In this document: piece after piece, positions 30,059-40,196 of the stretch | Position numbering within the stretch: position 1 is the first letter of the stretch | How the letters are laid out: each line of letters opens with the position of its first letter | Assembly (NCBI GenBank): GCA_031274925.1 | Contig: JAISPL010000037.1 | Location: forward strand, 1,231-65,230 | DNA: 64,000 nucleotides | Source of the DNA: Syntrophobacterales bacterium | GTDB taxonomy: Bacteria; Desulfobacterota; Syntrophorhabdia; Syntrophorhabdales; Syntrophorhabdaceae | Direction of reading: 5' to 3' | Notes under the pieces: generated by a model | What the model was told of the DNA's origin: nothing | The model's database searches: none | Seen by the model: only the letters and a program-made list of their open reading frames with translations | Translations under genes and position numbers: made by a program

Positions 30059-31753
30059 ATGATTGATACCGAGGCTACACCTCAAAGCGACTTTATCCGT
30101 GAGATCATTGAAGACGATCTTACGACGAACAAAAACGGGGGTCACGTTGCCACACGCTTTCCTCCTGAACCTAACGGCTATCTCCATATCGGTCATGCCA
30201 AATCAGTGTGTCTCAATTTCGGAATCGCCGCCCAGCATGGCGGTACGTGCAATCTTCGCATAGATGATACCGATCCGAGCGGTGAATCCCTTGAATTCGT
30301 GGACTCCATAATTGAGGATGTTCAATGGCTCGGCTTCGACTGGCAGGACCGACTCTTTTATGCTTCCGACTATTTCGAGAAACTTTACGAGTTCGCCGTA
30401 ATGCTGATCAAGGCGGGTAAAGCATATGTCTGCAGTCTTAGCGCGGATAAGATCAGGGAGTATCGTGGAACTCTGACGGAACCTGGAAGAGAAAGCCCTT
30501 ACAGGAACCGCTCGGCAGAGGAAAATCTGGATCTCTTCAACCGGATGAGGGCAGGCGAATTTCCGGACGGCGCTCACGTCTTAAGGGCAAAAATCGATAT
30601 GTCGTCGCCCAACATCACCATGCGTGACCCCGTCATTTACCGGATCAAGCGATCGCCCCACTATCGGACCGGCTTACAATGGATCGTATACCCCATGTAT
30701 GATTTTGCCCACTGCCTTTCCGATGCGTTAGAGAACATCACCTACTCTATCTGCACTCTTGAGTTCGAGAACAACCGGCCTCTTTATGATTGGATAGTGG
30801 ATCAACTCATTTCTGAACCCCAACCCCGGCAGATTGAGTTTGCCCGTCTCAACCTGAGCTACACGGTTCTGAGCAAGAGAAGGCTCATTGAGCTGGTGGA
30901 GCAGAAATCTGTGAAAGGTTGGGATGATCCCCGGATGCCCACCATCGCGGGAATGAGAAGGCGCGGATACACGCCCCAAGCTATCAAGGATTTCTGCACA
31001 AGGATCGGGGTGGCGAAAAACGACAATCTGGTTGACATGTCTTTACTCGAAAGTTGCGTCCGCAACGACCTAAACGAGCATGCACCCCGCGTCATGGTGG
31101 TGCTCAGACCTCTTCGTCTCGTGATCGATAATTATCCCGAAGGGCAGGTGGAAAGTTTTGAGTGTCCCAATCATCCTCAGAATCCCACCTTTGGAACACG
31201 GATGGTACCATTTTCCAAAGTTCTATACATAGAAACCGACGACTTCGTGGAAGACCCTCCCAAGAAGTATAAACGCCTAAGTCCAGGCAAAGAGGTCCGC
31301 CTGAGAAACTCATACGTGGTGAAATATTCAGGCACAGTGAAGGACGATAAAACAGGCGAAATAGTTGAGGTGCATTGCACTTACGACCCTGCAACAAGAA
31401 ACGGCATCCCTTCTGACGGGCGTAAAGTCGAAGGCGTCATTCATTGGGTATCGGTGGATCATTCAATTGCCGTCGAAGCTAGATTGTATGATCGCCTGTT
31501 TCTGGTACCCAATCCAGCAGCCTCGGGCGATTCATTTTTCAACCATCTCAATCCGGCATCACTGCAGACAGTGGCAGGGTGCCGCGCCGAGGTAAGTCTT
31601 GATGTTGCTAGGCCAGGAACTATGTACCAATTTGAAAGGCTTGGATATTTCTCTGTTGATCCCGTTGATTCATCTGCAGGAAAACCCGTTTTCAACCGGG
31701 TAGTACCTCTTCGTGATTCCTGGGCCAGATTGTCGGAGCGGGAAAAAGGTTAA
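30059..31753 (+). CDS. glnS: glutaminyl-tRNA synthetase
   Basis: The HIGH motif ([14 protein letters not shown]) and KMSKS-type motif (VLSKR) are present. I prefer ATG 30059 ([21 protein letters not shown]), which gives the length expected for GlnRS, over the track's TTG at 30008. Confidence 0.9.
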   Translation: MIDTEATPQSDFIREIIEDDLTTNKNGGHVATRFPPEPNGYLHIGHAKSVCLNFGIAAQHGGTCNLRIDDTDPSGESLEFVDSIIEDVQWLGFDWQDRLFYASDYFEKLYEFAVMLIKAGKAYVCSLSADKIREYRGTLTEPGRESPYRNRSAEENLDLFNRMRAGEFPDGAHVLRAKIDMSSPNITMRDPVIYRIKRSPHYRTGLQWIVYPMYDFAHCLSDALENITYSICTLEFENNRPLYDWIVDQLISEPQPRQIEFARLNLSYTVLSKRRLIELVEQKSVKGWDDPRMPTIAGMRRRGYTPQAIKDFCTRIGVAKNDNLVDMSLLESCVRNDLNEHAPRVMVVLRPLRLVIDNYPEGQVESFECPNHPQNPTFGTRMVPFSKVLYIETDDFVEDPPKKYKRLSPGKEVRLRNSYVVKYSGTVKDDKTGEIVEVHCTYDPATRNGIPSDGRKVEGVIHWVSVDHSIAVEARLYDRLFLVPNPAASGDSFFNHLNPASLQTVAGCRAEVSLDVARPGTMYQFERLGYFSVDPVDSSAGKPVFNRVVPLRDSWARLSEREKG

Positions 31754-32049
31754 GTTATTCTGCCCGGAAGGATCGACAAGTCCCGCTCAGGACATTTATT
31801 CTTCAGGGCAGATGGAACATCTCTGGGATTACTTCGGAAAGAACGGGTAATATAATATATCCATGACCTCAGGGATAGTTTTGTAGCGCTCTTTTCTGGT
31901 TCACACATTTTTTTATACTTCTTGGACAAACACCGCCCGTTCCAGCACCTATTATGTGGAAACTGAGGATCCTCGCTCCAAACATTAGCCCATGCCACGC
32001 GCGTTTCATGGTCTGAGGCATGGGCGAACACACCTTTCCTGCGGCATCC

Positions 32050-32412
32050 CTATAGCCCATATATCAGGCTTGCTCGCTTGAAGGTAGTCATGGACGGCGT
32101 CCATTTAATGCCTGTTTTTTTCAGCCTTGAGTCGGTCCGCATTCGATTGCCTTCCAGAGGCAACGAGCATCGTATCTCCCTTGAAGTGTTTTTTCTTTTC
32201 CTGTCCTGCAGTCTTTCGCGGTAGTAGGTGCAAGGTAAACGCCTTGTAAACCAAAACCACGCGATCAAGCTCAAGCTTCCACCGATCGCAATGACATCAT
32301 ATTCCTTCATCCCACACCTTCTAACAGTAATGACACCGGACGTCAAGAAAATTATGAGGATCGTGAGAAGCCATAGAACAAAATAACCAAAGACTTGCAA
32401 GAAGCCTATCAA
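32050..32412 (-). CDS. hypothetical membrane protein
   Basis: 120 aa with two or three hydrophobic segments followed by a basic tail. No recognisable motif, and the downstream 300 bp has only broken frames. Confidence 0.3.
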   Translation of the reverse strand: MIGFLQVFGYFVLWLLTILIIFLTSGVITVRRCGMKEYDVIAIGGSLSLIAWFWFTRRLPCTYYRERLQDRKRKNTSREIRCSLPLEGNRMRTDSRLKKTGIKWTPSMTTFKRASLIYGL

Positions 32413-32475
32413 TCCGCTCTACTACCCACAACCTGATCTGACGTTCCCCTGATATACACAATACGATAAGAAGTG

Positions 32476-33234
32476 TCAAACTGAGTCTGAACGTAGGTAA
32501 GCCTTAGCCTCGTCCCACAACTCGTCCATTTTTGCTAAAGAAGCGGTTTTCAAGTCTGTCTTCTGCTCTACGTAATTGAATCTCCTGATAAATTTATCAC
32601 ACGCAAGCCGTAACGCATCTTCAGGGTCGATCCTCTGAAACCTCGCAATATTTACCATGGTAAAAAGCACATCGCCTACCTCTTCCCTCACGGCACTATC
32701 TGATCCTGAACGCTCAGCTCTTTCAAGCTCTTCAAGTTCTTCTGACATCTTTTTATGAACGTCGGCCAACTCCATCCAGTCGAACCCGGCCTTTGACGCC
32801 CGCCTAGAGATAACATATGCCCTGAGCAGGGCTGGCATTATGCGGGGGACATGGGATAGAGGAGAATAATCGGCGTTTTCCTCTTTTTTCAGCTCTTCCC
32901 ACCTTTTTTCAACCGACACACCGTCGTGGATCCCTTTGAATACATGTGGGTGCCGATGATACATCTTCTCATGAGTATGAGAGACCACATCCTGTATGTC
33001 AAACAGTCCTCTTTCTCGGCAAATCTGGGTTATAAATACGATATGAAAAAGCAAATCGCCAAGCTCTTCTCTTAGAGCCTGTCCGTCATCCCTTTCGATT
33101 GCATCTATCAGCTCATACACTTCTTCAAGGAGGTATGTCTTGAATTCCTTAACCGTCTGCTTCTTGTCCCACGGGCATCCCTTATCACCACGAAGAGTCT
33201 CCATGAGATTTACGAGTTTTGAGAATTCTTCCAT
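32476..33234 (-). CDS. mazG: nucleoside triphosphate pyrophosphohydrolase MazG (tandem MazG domains)
   Basis: 252 aa. Motifs: LRGDKGCPWDKKQT, EEVYELIDAIE, and a second EELEELERAE..EEVGDVLF repeat. Confidence 0.9.
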   Translation of the reverse strand: MEEFSKLVNLMETLRGDKGCPWDKKQTVKEFKTYLLEEVYELIDAIERDDGQALREELGDLLFHIVFITQICRERGLFDIQDVVSHTHEKMYHRHPHVFKGIHDGVSVEKRWEELKKEENADYSPLSHVPRIMPALLRAYVISRRASKAGFDWMELADVHKKMSEELEELERAERSGSDSAVREEVGDVLFTMVNIARFQRIDPEDALRLACDKFIRRFNYVEQKTDLKTASLAKMDELWDEAKAYLRSDSV

Positions 33235-34454
33235 ATCACCTCCATGATAGCATCAGTGACCCGCTCCATAACCTGCTTCTGCTCCATGACAATCTTCTCC
33301 CCTGCATCTCCCATTCTTTTCCTCATTGTCTCGTCGGTCAGAATACACTCCATTTGAAGAAATAGTTCCTCCCCTGTTTCCACCGTGACTCCCGCTTCAC
33401 GCTCAATGATTTTGGCGGCTATCTCGCGGAAATTTTCCGTATAGGGACCGAAAATTGCGGGAGTTCCGAAAAAGAGCGGCTCCAGCATGTTCTGACCTCC
33501 ATAGGGAGCCAGACTTCCGCCCACAAAAGCGACCGCGCTCTTTGCATATATAGAGAGGAGGTCTCCAACAGTGTCGACTATTACGATGGATGGCTTTGCA
33601 TCTGGAAGCCCACTGTACACGGAATATCTCATCGTATCAAAGGACTCTGCAAACTGCTCTTCAAGGAGCCCTATAAGATGCAGTTCTCTTGGCGCCACAA
33701 AAATAAGGAAGTCAGGAAAGCGTCGTTTTAATCTCTTTATGACAGGCGCTATTATGTATACCTCTTTTTCCTTCACGCTTCCGAAGGTAATTATGTTACC
33801 TTTTGAAGCACCGCCCCCACCTTCCACATTCCGATAATATTTCATGTTACCCGCATTGACCACTCTCGAAGGGTCCATGCCGATCTCCACATACCGCTCC
33901 CTGTGCCCCTCTGATTGGGCTAGCACAAGATCAACATCTGAAAACACCCTTCTCATAAAAAAAGAGAACCGCTTGTATTGCTTCACAGTGCTGTCCGATA
34001 TCCTCCCGTTCACAATCACAACCGGAATACCTCTCTTTCCAGCGTACCATATAAGATTAGGCCAAATCTCCGTCTCCACAATGACCAAGGCCTTAAAGTT
34101 GACGCCGCCGGCAAACCTTCTTATGGAAAACGGTATGTCAAAAGGGAGGGAGTATGCGTGAACGTTGCTCCCTGCTTTGGCCCTCAGAAAGTCTCTGGTA
34201 TAATACGTATTGGTAGTGACAAGAAATTTTTCCCTGCAGTCCTTCCCGCGCACGCAGTTCAGAAGGTTTTCGGCAATTACCGCTTCCCCCACCGAGGCTG
34301 CATGTATCCAGAGGGCCTCTGAAAGCATTGTTTTGGTTTTGGCAGGAAAAAGCCTTTCGCCGAGTGTCCTCCGTATTTTCGGGCTGGCCAAGGAAAAGAA
34401 AACAAAAAAAGGAAGAAGCAGATGTATCAGGATATTATATATTATCTTCCACAT
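33210..34454 (-). CDS. waaA: 3-deoxy-D-manno-octulosonic acid (Kdo) transferase
   Basis: 414 aa. N-terminal TM segment, WIHAASVGE motif, and a GT30 C-terminal GGSL...GGQNMLEP. Confidence 0.9.
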   Translation of the reverse strand: MWKIIYNILIHLLLPFFVFFSLASPKIRRTLGERLFPAKTKTMLSEALWIHAASVGEAVIAENLLNCVRGKDCREKFLVTTNTYYTRDFLRAKAGSNVHAYSLPFDIPFSIRRFAGGVNFKALVIVETEIWPNLIWYAGKRGIPVVIVNGRISDSTVKQYKRFSFFMRRVFSDVDLVLAQSEGHRERYVEIGMDPSRVVNAGNMKYYRNVEGGGGASKGNIITFGSVKEKEVYIIAPVIKRLKRRFPDFLIFVAPRELHLIGLLEEQFAESFDTMRYSVYSGLPDAKPSIVIVDTVGDLLSIYAKSAVAFVGGSLAPYGGQNMLEPLFFGTPAIFGPYTENFREIAAKIIEREAGVTVETGEELFLQMECILTDETMRKRMGDAGEKIVMEQKQVMERVTDAIMEVIWKNSQNS

Positions 34455-34575
34455 GCCATTTCGTCTGCGTTGTCCGTCAAAGCGATGAGTTTTTCCTCAA
34501 GTTCAATCCTCTTGACTTCAATGTCTTCGGTGGTATCGTTCTTTCCTGCATAGATGGGATCACCCCAGATTATCA

Positions 34576-35193
34576 CTACTTTCGAGAATAGGCGGGGAGC
34601 AACGAACCGATCCCAGGAATTAAAAGTTTTTTTTTACTTGCGCCGAAGGTAAGAGGCACTATTGGCTTTCCAGTAAGTTTGGCCAGTTCCACGATGCCTT
34701 TCTTGACTTTAAATCGCGGGCCTTTCGGGCCATCCGGGGTTATTGCCACATCAAAACCACGTCTGAGATCACGCATGATCTCTCGCAGAGAGGAGACGGT
34801 CCCCTTCCTGTAAGAACCCCTGATGGCTCCAAGGTTAAAATAGGCCATGGTTCTGGCGATAAATTCGCCGTCCCTGTGTCTGCTTATAAGAACCTTGCCC
34901 TTCCCGCGCTTGTTCGCAAAGGGCATCATGAGAAGTCTCCCGTGCCAGAAACAGACGATAGCATTCTCTCCACGCTCCCACATGGCACGGAATGCTTCGC
35001 TGTATACATAGTCAATCCTCGCTGTCATTCTGAAAAAAAGAAGGAAAAGATAAATTATGGGAGGCAACGCGTTAAGCATGATCATGTATTTCAGTTTTTT
35101 AAACACTTTTAGCTCTCTTTCCCATTTTAATGATTTTTTTCTCTGGAGGTTCCCTGAATTGTATATCATAAAGGCTTTTGTACGGCCCATCAA
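34576..35193 (-). CDS. DUF374-family lysophospholipid-acyltransferase-like protein, interrupted by a frameshift in an A9 run
   Basis: Motifs: CFWHGRLLMMPF, SRHRDGEFIA, ITPDGPKGPR. The likely true start is near 35085 (MIMLNALPP), since the msbA stop is at 35099. After the A9 run (34627-34635) the conserved C-terminus continues in another frame (TFNSWDRFVAPRLFSKVVIIWGDPI...) to a TAA at 34442 that overlaps the waaA start. Confidence 0.75.
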   Translation of the reverse strand: MMGRTKAFMIYNSGNLQRKKSLKWERELKVFKKLKYMIMLNALPPIIYLFLLFFRMTARIDYVYSEAFRAMWERGENAIVCFWHGRLLMMPFANKRGKGKVLISRHRDGEFIARTMAYFNLGAIRGSYRKGTVSSLREIMRDLRRGFDVAITPDGPKGPRFKVKKGIVELAKLTGKPIVPLTFGASKKKLLIPGIGSLLPAYSRK

Positions 35194-36862
35194 TCATTAT
35201 GAGGTCATCGTGTCTTCCTTGCTGGATAATCGTTCCGCCGTCAAGGACTATTATTCGGTCGGCGTTCATCACGGTGGAAAGCCGATGAGCTATGATGATC
35301 GTGGTTCTTCCTTTCATTAGGTTTTCCAAGGCCTTCTGGACCTCCATCTCCGCCTGGGTATCCAGAGCGCTCGTGGCCTCATCAAGAATAAGTATCGGGG
35401 CATCCTTGAACAAGGCCCGCGCAATGGCGATCCTCTGTTTTTGACCCCCGGAAAGACGCACCCCCTTCTCACCGACCATGGTATTATATCCTTTGGGCTG
35501 CTTCAAAATAAAATCATGGGCAAAGGCCATCTTGGCAGCCTGTTCGATCTTCTCCTGATCCTGGACCCCTCCATAGGCTATGTTGTTTCCTATAGTATCA
35601 TTAAAAAGTATGACATCCTGTGTAACTAGGGCGATATTTTTCCTGAGGGAGCATAAGGTGACATCTCTGATATCAGTCCCGTCGATCTCCAGAGAACCTT
35701 CAGTCACATCATAGAATCGCGGCACTAGATTGGCCAGCGTCGTCTTCCCTGTTCCGCTTTTTCCTACAACCGCAAGGACCTCATTCTTGCTTATCCTCAG
35801 ATTCACATCCATAAGTACCATTTTCTCGTCGTATTTGAAATAAACGCCCTTGATATCGATTACGCCCTCAACCCTCTCAAGTTCGATGGCACTCTCGTTT
35901 TCCCTTATTTCAGGCTCACGGTCAATGATCTCAAAGACTCTCTGACTAGCAGCAAGCCCCTGCTGTATATTATGATTTTCCCTGTTAAGTCTCTTTATGG
36001 GTTCGTACAGCATGAGGAGTGCCGCAGTGAAGGAAAAAAAGTTACCAGGTGTTGAGTTTCCTGCAATTACCGCTTTTCCACCATACCAGATAATCACAGC
36101 CATTGCAATGCCACCCAACAACTCCATGATCGGATGAGATAAAGCTCTTACTTTGTAACGTTTCATATTGGCACTAAAAAGGTCCTCGTTTTCCAGCCCG
36201 AACCTCCTATTCTCATATTCCTCCATGGAAAAAGCCTTCACGACGCGTTGTCCTGTAATCGTTTCGTGGAGAAAATTGGTCATCTTCGCCATTGATCTCT
36301 GGGTTTTTGTACTGATCTTTCTCAATCTTTTCCCAAAGGATACGATGGGATAGATGGCAAATGGCAGAACAACGAAGGCTATGGCGGCAAGTTTCCAGTC
36401 TCTGTAGAATACAACAAAGATGAGGCCAAAGATGCTGAAAGCGTCAAGAAGAACTGCTGTGAACGCATCAGAGACGGATGTCTGAATGAGGGTAACATCG
36501 TTCATGATGCGCGATATACTTACTCCGGTAGGTGTCTTATCAAAAAATGAAAGAGGCTGTCTCTGAAGACGGTCGAACAACAGATTCCTTATGTCCGTTA
36601 CTACTTTTTGCCCCACGTAGCCCATTAGATACGCCTGCGCGTAGGTAAAGACTCCTTTAGTCAGGTAAAGGAGAACTACTCCGAATGGGATGAGAAGGAG
36701 CATGCTTGCGTTTTTCTCAAAGAAAATATTGTCAAGGACAGGCTTCACCACATAAGCTGTGAGTCCGTTAGCACCTGCCACCAGCGCCATAAACACCATG
36801 GCAAAAGCCAACTTCATCCGGTAAGGCTTCAGAAAGCCTAACAATCTAAAATATAGCGCCAT
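35099..36862 (-). CDS. msbA: lipid A export ABC transporter (permease/ATPase fusion)
   Basis: 587 aa. Six-TM N-domain, Walker A GKSGTGKTT, signature LSGGQKQR, Walker B ILILDEATSALD. Confidence 0.9.
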   Translation of the reverse strand: MALYFRLLGFLKPYRMKLAFAMVFMALVAGANGLTAYVVKPVLDNIFFEKNASMLLLIPFGVVLLYLTKGVFTYAQAYLMGYVGQKVVTDIRNLLFDRLQRQPLSFFDKTPTGVSISRIMNDVTLIQTSVSDAFTAVLLDAFSIFGLIFVVFYRDWKLAAIAFVVLPFAIYPIVSFGKRLRKISTKTQRSMAKMTNFLHETITGQRVVKAFSMEEYENRRFGLENEDLFSANMKRYKVRALSHPIMELLGGIAMAVIIWYGGKAVIAGNSTPGNFFSFTAALLMLYEPIKRLNRENHNIQQGLAASQRVFEIIDREPEIRENESAIELERVEGVIDIKGVYFKYDEKMVLMDVNLRISKNEVLAVVGKSGTGKTTLANLVPRFYDVTEGSLEIDGTDIRDVTLCSLRKNIALVTQDVILFNDTIGNNIAYGGVQDQEKIEQAAKMAFAHDFILKQPKGYNTMVGEKGVRLSGGQKQRIAIARALFKDAPILILDEATSALDTQAEMEVQKALENLMKGRTTIIIAHRLSTVMNADRIIVLDGGTIIQQGRHDDLIMIDGPYKSLYDIQFREPPEKKIIKMGKRAKSV

Positions 36863-38033
36863 ATCTATCCTCTAAAAATCGTACAATCGACTCTCCGGCC
36901 AAATGATATGAATCTTCGGAACTGAGCCTTCTCTTTATCTCAGTCATCCTTTTTTCAAGTCCCTTTCTTCCATTTTTTAACATATAGAGTGTCTTTTCCA
37001 CAATATCTCCTGTGCTTATATGCTGGATGAACTCTGGAAATATTTCTTCACCCATGATGATATTGGGGAGACTGATATACTTGACCTTTACAAGCGCTTT
37101 CGCAACAACATAAGATAATTTGGAGACTTTGTAGACCACTATCGTAGGGGTGCCGAGAATGGCCGCTTCCAAGGTCGCGCTGCCTGAAGCCATAATGGCG
37201 GTATCGGAATAGGACAGCGCATCATAGGAAAGTCCTCTTATGGGGATAACCGACCTCCCGACAGAATATTTTTGGATAATCCGGTCTTCAATGCTGTCGG
37301 CAAGAGGAAGGAGAACCTTGAGATTATCTACGCGCATCACCAGTTCATCCGCAACCTCAAGTAGTAGCGGCATATGTCTCGTAAACTCGTTTTCCCTGCT
37401 ACCCGGCATGATGGTAACCATTGCGTCACCTTCTTTCGCACCCACCATATCGAGAAATTCTTGCCGTCCGAGTTTTGGCTTCACAATGTCCGTAAAAGGA
37501 TGACCGATGTAGGTGACATCAACTCCGTGGCTGTCATAGAAAGCTTTCTCAAAAGGAAGTATACATATCACATGATCCACAAATTTCTTGATCTTCTTGA
37601 TCCTCGATTCACGCCACGCCCATAACTGAGGCGGTATAAAATAGATTACTGGTATACCTTCTTTCTTTGCCATGTGCGCAATTTTCAGATTGAATCCAGG
37701 AAAATCGACGAGAATGATAAGAGAGGGTTTCTCCTCTATAAGATGCTTTTTCAATCTCCCGTATGCCTCTCTGATATATCTGAGTTTTACAAATATTTCA
37801 CTTAAACCCGTAAGAGATATGCGTCCATAGTCGTAAATAATCCTGACACCCGCCTCCGCAAGTCGGGTACTGCCTACTCCGCTAAATTTGATGGGCAGCA
37901 ATCTAGTTATCGCCTTCACGAGATGCAGGGCATGAATCTCTCCGGAAAGTTCGCCGGTCACGAGGACAATCTTATTATTGAAACTTCTGAATTCAGGACC
38001 GGCTTGCAATGTACCGATCAATCGAGTCGGCAA
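36846..38033 (-). CDS. lpxB: lipid-A-disaccharide synthase
   Basis: 395 aa. Motifs: IVLVTGELSGEIHALHL, FIPPQLWAWR, ASGSATLE. The true start may lie downstream of 38033, because it overlaps the preceding gene by 41 nt. Confidence 0.9.
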   Translation of the reverse strand: MPTRLIGTLQAGPEFRSFNNKIVLVTGELSGEIHALHLVKAITRLLPIKFSGVGSTRLAEAGVRIIYDYGRISLTGLSEIFVKLRYIREAYGRLKKHLIEEKPSLIILVDFPGFNLKIAHMAKKEGIPVIYFIPPQLWAWRESRIKKIKKFVDHVICILPFEKAFYDSHGVDVTYIGHPFTDIVKPKLGRQEFLDMVGAKEGDAMVTIMPGSRENEFTRHMPLLLEVADELVMRVDNLKVLLPLADSIEDRIIQKYSVGRSVIPIRGLSYDALSYSDTAIMASGSATLEAAILGTPTIVVYKVSKLSYVVAKALVKVKYISLPNIIMGEEIFPEFIQHISTGDIVEKTLYMLKNGRKGLEKRMTEIKRRLSSEDSYHLAGESIVRFLEDRYGAIF

Positions 38034-38913
38034 GCATAAGGGCGTTCAACCCATCCTCACCCGTGACGCTTGATTTGATTTCGCCTCTGACAGACTGAAT
38101 AAATTCGGTGAGTTCGTGTTTCACAGCGTCCGCATTTGCGGTTTCATATTCCACCGTTTCCATATTACCGTCACCACCTCTGGAGGCAATCGTCAACCGC
38201 CCGCCCAGAAGGTCAATAGAATACTGCGTTTCTTTCTCAAAAACAAGCAATCGCCTCTCCTTTCCTACGGCAACCCTGCTCGCTGTGAGATTCGCAACGC
38301 AACCATTTTCAAACTCTATTCTTGCATTTACCATATCAAGTTTTTGGCTCAGAAACGGAAATCCATGAGCCTGGACTGCCTTCACTCGATCTTTAACTAT
38401 GGAAAGAACGAGATCAATATCGTGGATCATAATATCAAGCACAACGGTTACATCCGTGGACCTTCCGGTAAAAGGACTGACTCTCACTGCCTCGACATAC
38501 ACTGGTTTCTTGATTGCCGGCAAGGCTTTCGCAAAAACAGGATTGAATCGTTCGAGATGACCCACCTGAAACACAAGACCTTTCTTTTTTGCAAGATCAA
38601 TAAGCTCTCTGGCCTGCTCGACGGTAGAAGTCACCGGTTTCTCAATGAAGACGGACGCCCCATTTTCTAGGGCGGCTTTTCCGACTTCATAGTGAGACTC
38701 GGTCGGAGTAGCTATTACCACCGCATCTGATTGTCTTACAATATCTCTATAATCAGTGAAACAGGGGATTTCGTTTTTGGGTAATACCTGACGCGTCCAG
38801 GAAGTATTCACATCCACCACACCCAAAATTTCGATGTCTTCCATGGCGCTCAGTTTCTGCAGGTGTATCCTGCCCATGTGTCCCGCGCCGACTAAAGCTA
38901 TTTTCAACGGCAT
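37993..38913 (-). CDS. Gfo/Idh/MocA-family NAD(P)-dependent oxidoreductase embedded in the lpx cluster
   Basis: 306 aa. Rossmann N-terminus KIALVGAGHMGRIH, and an EKP motif (FIEKPV). Confidence 0.8.
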   Translation of the reverse strand: MPLKIALVGAGHMGRIHLQKLSAMEDIEILGVVDVNTSWTRQVLPKNEIPCFTDYRDIVRQSDAVVIATPTESHYEVGKAALENGASVFIEKPVTSTVEQARELIDLAKKKGLVFQVGHLERFNPVFAKALPAIKKPVYVEAVRVSPFTGRSTDVTVVLDIMIHDIDLVLSIVKDRVKAVQAHGFPFLSQKLDMVNARIEFENGCVANLTASRVAVGKERRLLVFEKETQYSIDLLGGRLTIASRGGDGNMETVEYETANADAVKHELTEFIQSVRGEIKSSVTGEDGLNALMLADSIDRYIASRS

Positions 38914-39677
38914 ATACCCCTCTTTGAAGATTTAATAAATTCGATAAGACTATTTACATGTTGGTGTTCTCCGGATATTTCTTCCTGAACAACCCTGAGC
39001 GATGTACTGAGCGGCAGGGATGACCTGAAAATAATCCTGTACGCCTTCTTGAGCTGAGTAATATCTTCTTTAGCGAATCCTCGGCGCTCAAGACCCACTA
39101 CGTTGAGTCCGTACAATTTGGCCCGGTCGCCTGCCGCGATTACAAAGGGGGGCACATCCTTCGGCACTCCGGTTACTCCGCTTATGAATGAGTATTTACC
39201 TATCCTGCAGAATTGGTGTACCGCGCAAAGTCCGCCGAATATCACAAAATCGGCAATCTCCACGTGACCTGCCAGCGTCGCGCAATTCGCCATGATTACG
39301 TTGTTGCCCACCTTGCAATCATGGGCAATATGGGCATAGGCCATAATGAAGTTATTGTTGCCCACACTGGTCACCCCACCACCGTGCTCGGTCCCCCTGT
39401 TTATGGTCACATATTCTTTTATTGTATTGTTGTCTCCCATGACAAGGGTCGTCTCTTCCCCTTTATACGATATATCCTGAGGAGAACCTCCAAGAGATGC
39501 GAATGGACTTATAGTACAGTTTTCACCTACCTGAGTGTCTTTGTGCAACACCACATGGGAAAGTAATCTTGTTCCCCTACCAACCCTCACCTTTTCTTCT
39601 AAGATGCAGTACGGTCCAATGTGAACATCTTCGCCAATCTCTGCGTCTTTGTGTATTATTGCAGTAGAATCTATCAA
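38904..39677 (-). CDS. lpxA: acyl-ACP--UDP-N-acetylglucosamine O-acyltransferase
   Basis: 257 aa. Hexapeptide-repeat left-handed beta-helix plus the LpxA C-terminal helical domain (GLNVVGLERRGF..I..LKKAYRI). Confidence 0.9.
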   Translation of the reverse strand: MIDSTAIIHKDAEIGEDVHIGPYCILEEKVRVGRGTRLLSHVVLHKDTQVGENCTISPFASLGGSPQDISYKGEETTLVMGDNNTIKEYVTINRGTEHGGGVTSVGNNNFIMAYAHIAHDCKVGNNVIMANCATLAGHVEIADFVIFGGLCAVHQFCRIGKYSFISGVTGVPKDVPPFVIAAGDRAKLYGLNVVGLERRGFAKEDITQLKKAYRIIFRSSLPLSTSLRVVQEEISGEHQHVNSLIEFIKSSKRGICR

Positions 39678-39755
39678 TATATCTTCTCCCTGTCCGCAAC
39701 GGATGTCGTAACTTAAACCCCGGACTTGGTATTCCTGCCTTTGAGTCTTCCCTCT

Positions 39756-40196
39756 CTAGCCGTCTTCCGGTTCTTTCTTTAACATCGCCATTATCCGTGC
39801 CTCTGCGGCAACCTCGTTTTCAATGGTCGCCTCTCCCTGGAATATCCAGATACCCCTCTTGTGTTTTACCACATCCACTGTGAGTCTCAATTGATCCCCA
39901 GGCACCGCCGGCCTTCTGAAGCGGGCATTATCAATCCCAATAAACAGGACCGACCCTTTCGTGTCAGGAAAACTCTTGAATGCGAGAACTCCTCCCGTCT
40001 GAGCCAAGGCCTCAATAATAAGAACACCTGGCATAATAGGTCTGCCGGGAAAGTGCCCTTGAAAGAATGGCTCATTGAATGTCACGTTCTTTATACCTAC
40101 GATCCTTTTCTCTCGATCATACTCCAAAATCCTGTCTACCAGCAAGAAAGGGTACTTGTGGGGCAAGAGCTTCAGGATCTCGTTAATCTCTACCAT
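39756..40196 (-). CDS. fabZ: 3-hydroxyacyl-ACP dehydratase
   Basis: LPHKYPFLLVDRI, FFQGHFPGRPIMPGVL. I prefer the start MVEINEI (40196) over the track start at 40226. Confidence 0.9.
   Translation of the reverse strand: MVEINEILKLLPHKYPFLLVDRILEYDREKRIVGIKNVTFNEPFFQGHFPGRPIMPGVLIIEALAQTGGVLAFKSFPDTKGSVLFIGIDNARFRRPAVPGDQLRLTVDVVKHKRGIWIFQGEATIENEVAAEARIMAMLKKEPEDG

Noticed and set aside
31754-32049. Overlapping 63-93-aa minus-strand ORFs downstream of the hypothetical membrane protein, considered as a frameshifted C-terminal domain
   Set aside because: I could only see vague resemblance to a small beta-rich domain (W..VW ... SKK). That is too weak to claim a family or a frameshift.
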